Part shown: positions 59,001 to 64,000 of the stretch, in pieces
How positions within the stretch are numbered: the stretch's first letter is position 1
Layout of the letters: each line of letters starts with the position of its first letter
Assembly: GCF_000143415.4 (NCBI RefSeq)
Contig: NW_003314264.1
Location: 3,895,229-3,959,228, forward strand
Reading direction: 5' to 3'
Source: Selaginella moellendorffii
Lineage: Eukaryota; Plantae; Lycopodiophyta
DNA: 64,000 bases
Notes under the pieces: generated by a model
The model's database searches: none
Seen by the model: the letters and a program-made list of their open reading frames with translations, nothing else
Told to the model about the DNA's origin: nothing
Made by a program: the position numbers and the translations under genes

Positions 59001-60523
59001 CTTGCTGTGAGCTTCTTAATTTTCATTGCTCTCTTGATCTTGTGTTTCTTGAAAGCTGGCTCAAATCTTCCACCAGGTCCATGGGGATTACCCCTGATTG
59101 GCCACTTACACTTGCTAGCAGGAATGCCCCCGCACAGAGCATTGCAACGCATAGCCAACAAGTATGGTCCTATTACTTCCTTGAGGCTGGGAATGATCCC
59201 AACTGTGGTAATATCCAGCCAGGAGCTTGCCAAGGAGGTCTTCACCGCACACGATTTAAATTTTGCTTCTAGGCCATACTTGGCTTTCTGGAAGCACGTC
59301 ATCCTTTTCTGGAGGTTCAAGTAGTCCCTATGGAGAGCTATGGCGAAACACCCGCAAGCTCTGTACAATGGAGCTCTTCACGGCCAAGTGTATCGACTCC
59401 TTCTCCTGGGTCAGAAGGGATGAGCTTTCTCGTGCCTTGGAGGGGATTTTGAAGGCCCATGGCGATGGCAAACCTGTGGAGGTGAGAAAAGTGGCCAGTG
59501 TTTTCTTCTTCAACGTCACATCACGAATTTTGATGGGTAAGAGGTGGTGATGAAAACGTAGATGCCCATGCCATGGAATTCAAGGAGCTCAACGACAATG
59601 TTCTTGAGCTGGCGATCAATCCCTGTGTTAGCAACTTGGTGCCCTGGTACTTGCGATGGCTGGACTGGCAGATCCCTCGCTACAAGCGAATCCATGCGAA
59701 GCAAGACGAGTTCTTGCAAAAGATTGTTGAGGAGCACAAGGAGAGGACACGGGAATGCAAGGACTTCCTGGATATCATGCTCGACTTCTTTGGAGCAGGG
59801 ACACAAGGGGAGACTTACGTAAAGGCAAATCTCATGGTAAGCTTTGCAAAACTTCTCCTTGATTGACTAACAGGTATTTCTTATGTTACAAATGCCCAGG
59901 AGATGTTAATTGCTGGAACTGATACCACCACCACCGTCAGCGAGTGGCTCATGGGTGGAGTGATGCACAATCCTCGAGTCATGGCCAAGCTCCACGAGGA
60001 GCTCGAGAGGGTTGTGGGCAACACTCGGATGGTACAAGAGTTGGACCTCCAAAAGCTCGAGTACCTCCAGATTGTTCTCAAGGAAACACTCAGACGCTAT
60101 CCCCCGGGAGCCTTACTCCTGCCGCGCATCTCAAGGCAAGCAGCAAACGTTGGCGGCTTTCACGTTCCAAAAGGGACCACTCTCCTGGTGAATACATGGG
60201 CGATTGGAATGGATCCGGCAGTGTGGGAGAATCCCACACAATTCCACCCGGAGCGCTTCTTGGGGAGCTCCATCGATGTCAAAGGCCACAACTTTGAGCT
60301 TCTCCCGTTTGGTTCCGGGCGGAGAAAGTGTCCGGGAATGGGCATGGGACTGCGATCGGTGGAGCTGCTCGTGGCAAATCTCATCCATGGCTTCAATTGG
60401 AGCTTTGTGCCTGGGACAACGCCGTCCATGGAAGAGGTTTACCGCAGTGCCCTGCAGCTCAAGACCCCATTGCAAGCCATGGCCAGTCCAAGGCTCCCCC
60501 AGGAGGTCTACACCAAATTTTAA
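58989..60523 (+). pseudogene. Cytochrome P450, CYP71 clan, with two frameshifts
   Basis: PPGPWGLPLIG, AGTDT, KETLR, PERF and PFGSGRRKCPG intact; single intron 59837-59899. Frame changes near 59300 and 59545. Confidence 0.85.
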
Positions 60524-60983
60524 AGATCACTTATCATAGCATTCAATGAAATAAATTAGTCTCACCACGTGTTATTCGAAGCAATGAAAATTATTATGAT
60601 TATTATCATTATATTCTGTTTTGGCAGTCTTGCGGTGCCCAACAAGAAGCATAAGACTGTGCAAACAAGTTTGTTGTGTCCCTTACCACCGTTTTTATTT
60701 TCAAATTAGCCAAACATTAGTAGTCATGGTGCCATTTAAATTGTTGGGCCATAGCAGAGAATCCGATGAACCAGGAACTCCACCATTTACAGTATCACCC
60801 TTGAACACCCACTTCCATGGTGCGAGTGACATACAGCGAGATCCGGAGGGATGGTCAATGTCCTGGTCAATGTCCCTGTGCGCTGACAATGTAGCTTCCG
60901 ATAACCCGGTTGAAGTGGGAGAAATCTTCTGGCACCTAAAGTCAAGTAGGTATATCATATAGAGGAGAAAATGTTACTTCACA

Positions 60984-61009
60984 ACACACACACACACACA
61001 CACACACAC
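60984..61009 (+). repeat. (AC)n microsatellite in the tubulin 3' UTR
   Basis: Directly visible. Confidence 0.9.
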
Positions 61010-61039
61010 GCAAACATATCTCGCAAACTTAAGTTTTTT

Positions 61040-62493
<1,454 letters not shown>

Positions 62494-62775
62494 GCCTGTG
62501 GACCCTGGAGCAAAGAAATTCGAGTGAGGGAGAATCCGTCAAAGATCGCGCATGATATGAGCAATCTTCGCGAGATGACAGTTCACCTCGTGTTTCTAAG
62601 CACAAAGAGCACGAATCGAATGGAGCACAACCTGTCAAAGCTCATGATGCACACACGGAAAGCAAGCATTAGAACCCGCAAAAATTTCTCAACACATTCG
62701 AATAAACGCCAGCTCGTCAAAGATCATGATAGCAGCACTAAGAGTGGGCAGGAAGAAAGACTTGGAAGAATCTTC

Positions 62776-62911
62776 AGGAAAATTCAACAAGACAAAAAGC
62801 TTAGCTAGAACAGGAACTCCAATTCTCCAAAAGGAAATTCAAACAAGACAGAAAGCTTAGCTAGAACAGGAACTCCAATTCTGCAAAAGGAGATTCAAAC
62901 AAGACAGAAAA
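62776..62911 (+). repeat. ~56-bp tandem repeat (x2.4) upstream of tubulin, probably in a 5'-UTR intron
   Basis: aattcaaacaagacagaaagcttagctagaacaggaactccaattct repeated. Confidence 0.8.
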
Positions 62912-64000
62912 ACATGACCTTCAATTCTCCAAAAGGAACAAAGAAGAAGCACAGAACCAGAAGTGTTGGAGAGAACCTGCTTGAAGATAAAAGGTTGAGC
63001 GACAGCGTCCTTTCGAGATTGAGAGAATGAATGCAGTGAGTAGGGCTTAAAGGACTTCTATTCCACTCCTAGGAGTGCCGGAAAGGAATCGAAACCGACA
63101 CACCTCTCAAGGGATAAGAACTGACAAGGAACCGCGACCAAACTCTATATTATTCCTAAGCAAATCAAAACAAGACTCTATGACTGATTCGACAGCAATC
63201 CCAATCGATCTGGTGGGATTGAAGAAGACTTCGCAGCAACAACACATACTCTTGAAGTAGCTACACGGACAAGGAGCAAAAACAATGCCTCTACGCGAAC
63301 CTTTTGGCGTGATAATTGATCCGGGACTGTCTTAGCGATCACGAACGATTTTCTCCAGCACTCTCGTACGAAAACAGCTAGTTTTGTGTGCCTGTAACAG
63401 CGTTATGAGAAGCAGTACCGCAAAATAATTTTTTTTAAAAATAAAAAATTATAAGAGTTAGTGAAGTTGATGAAAGACTCACAGCGAGATGGCGCCACCC
63501 AACTTCTCTGGACAGCTGACAACCAACTTGTGTGCGTCGTGGTCACTGACATTATGTCTTGCCGCAATTGGAGCAGCCACCGGACGCAAATAATCAAAAC
63601 AACGTACCATTCGCATTGTTTTGGTCCAACATTGCATTGTATCAAACTCTAAACGCGAGGTTTAGTTAGATTCAGAGAATGAGCAGCGCTCTTCGATCTG
63701 GCACGCGTAGCATTCCTAGTTACGACACTCACAAGAAAATCAACGTACCAGGCGCCGCTCCGCCCACGGTCTAAGTTAAGAAAGGAGAATATCCTGTTCG
63801 ACGGGTAGGAATATTTCACACCAATGCGAATATTCAAAGCGAATAATTGATGTGTGTACCAAGCCAAAGTTTTGAAAAGCGCCCATTCGATTCGCGCCCC
63901 GCCCCTCCGCCGGCCCATTCCCATGTCTCTGTACGGACGGTGGGCTCGCATCGCAGCCGTTCCACCGGCATCCAACGGCCGGCGCGCCGCCGTTTAAGTT

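Overview
Plant nuclear DNA with very short introns (about 50-75 nt), PLS/DYW PPR genes and dense LTR retrotransposons. It most resembles a lycophyte such as Selaginella (inference, no database search). Layout: (i) 1-13 kb, LTR-retrotransposon cluster including a young non-autonomous element A (1548-9489, TSD CCTAG) and a Ty3/gypsy relic; (ii) 13.6-36.6 kb, compact gene island (metaxin, AVT1-type amino-acid transporter, two PPR-DYW genes, tRNA-Gln, DUF4408/DUF761-like, MRG, polygalacturonase and CYP72-clan pseudogenes) with a Pack-MULE-like element; (iii) 37-58 kb, TE nest: copia relic and element A' (41604-55637, TSD ATGTT), into which a chromovirus B (43958-51399, TSD GATAC, minus strand) has inserted; (iv) CYP71-clan pseudogene and beta-tubulin. 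Main candidate system: the gag-pol of chromovirus B holds one reading frame for about 3.85 kb and is then interrupted only by short GT...AG intron-like inserts in the integrase/chromodomain region (47 nt, 49/52 nt, probably a third of 74 nt). The first falls just before the catalytic Glu. Immediately downstream lies a ~250-nt RNA structure with covarying stems and two tRNA-like T-loops, which also occurs in the non-autonomous element A. This suggests splicing-gated integrase expression plus a cis RNA signal (hypothesis).
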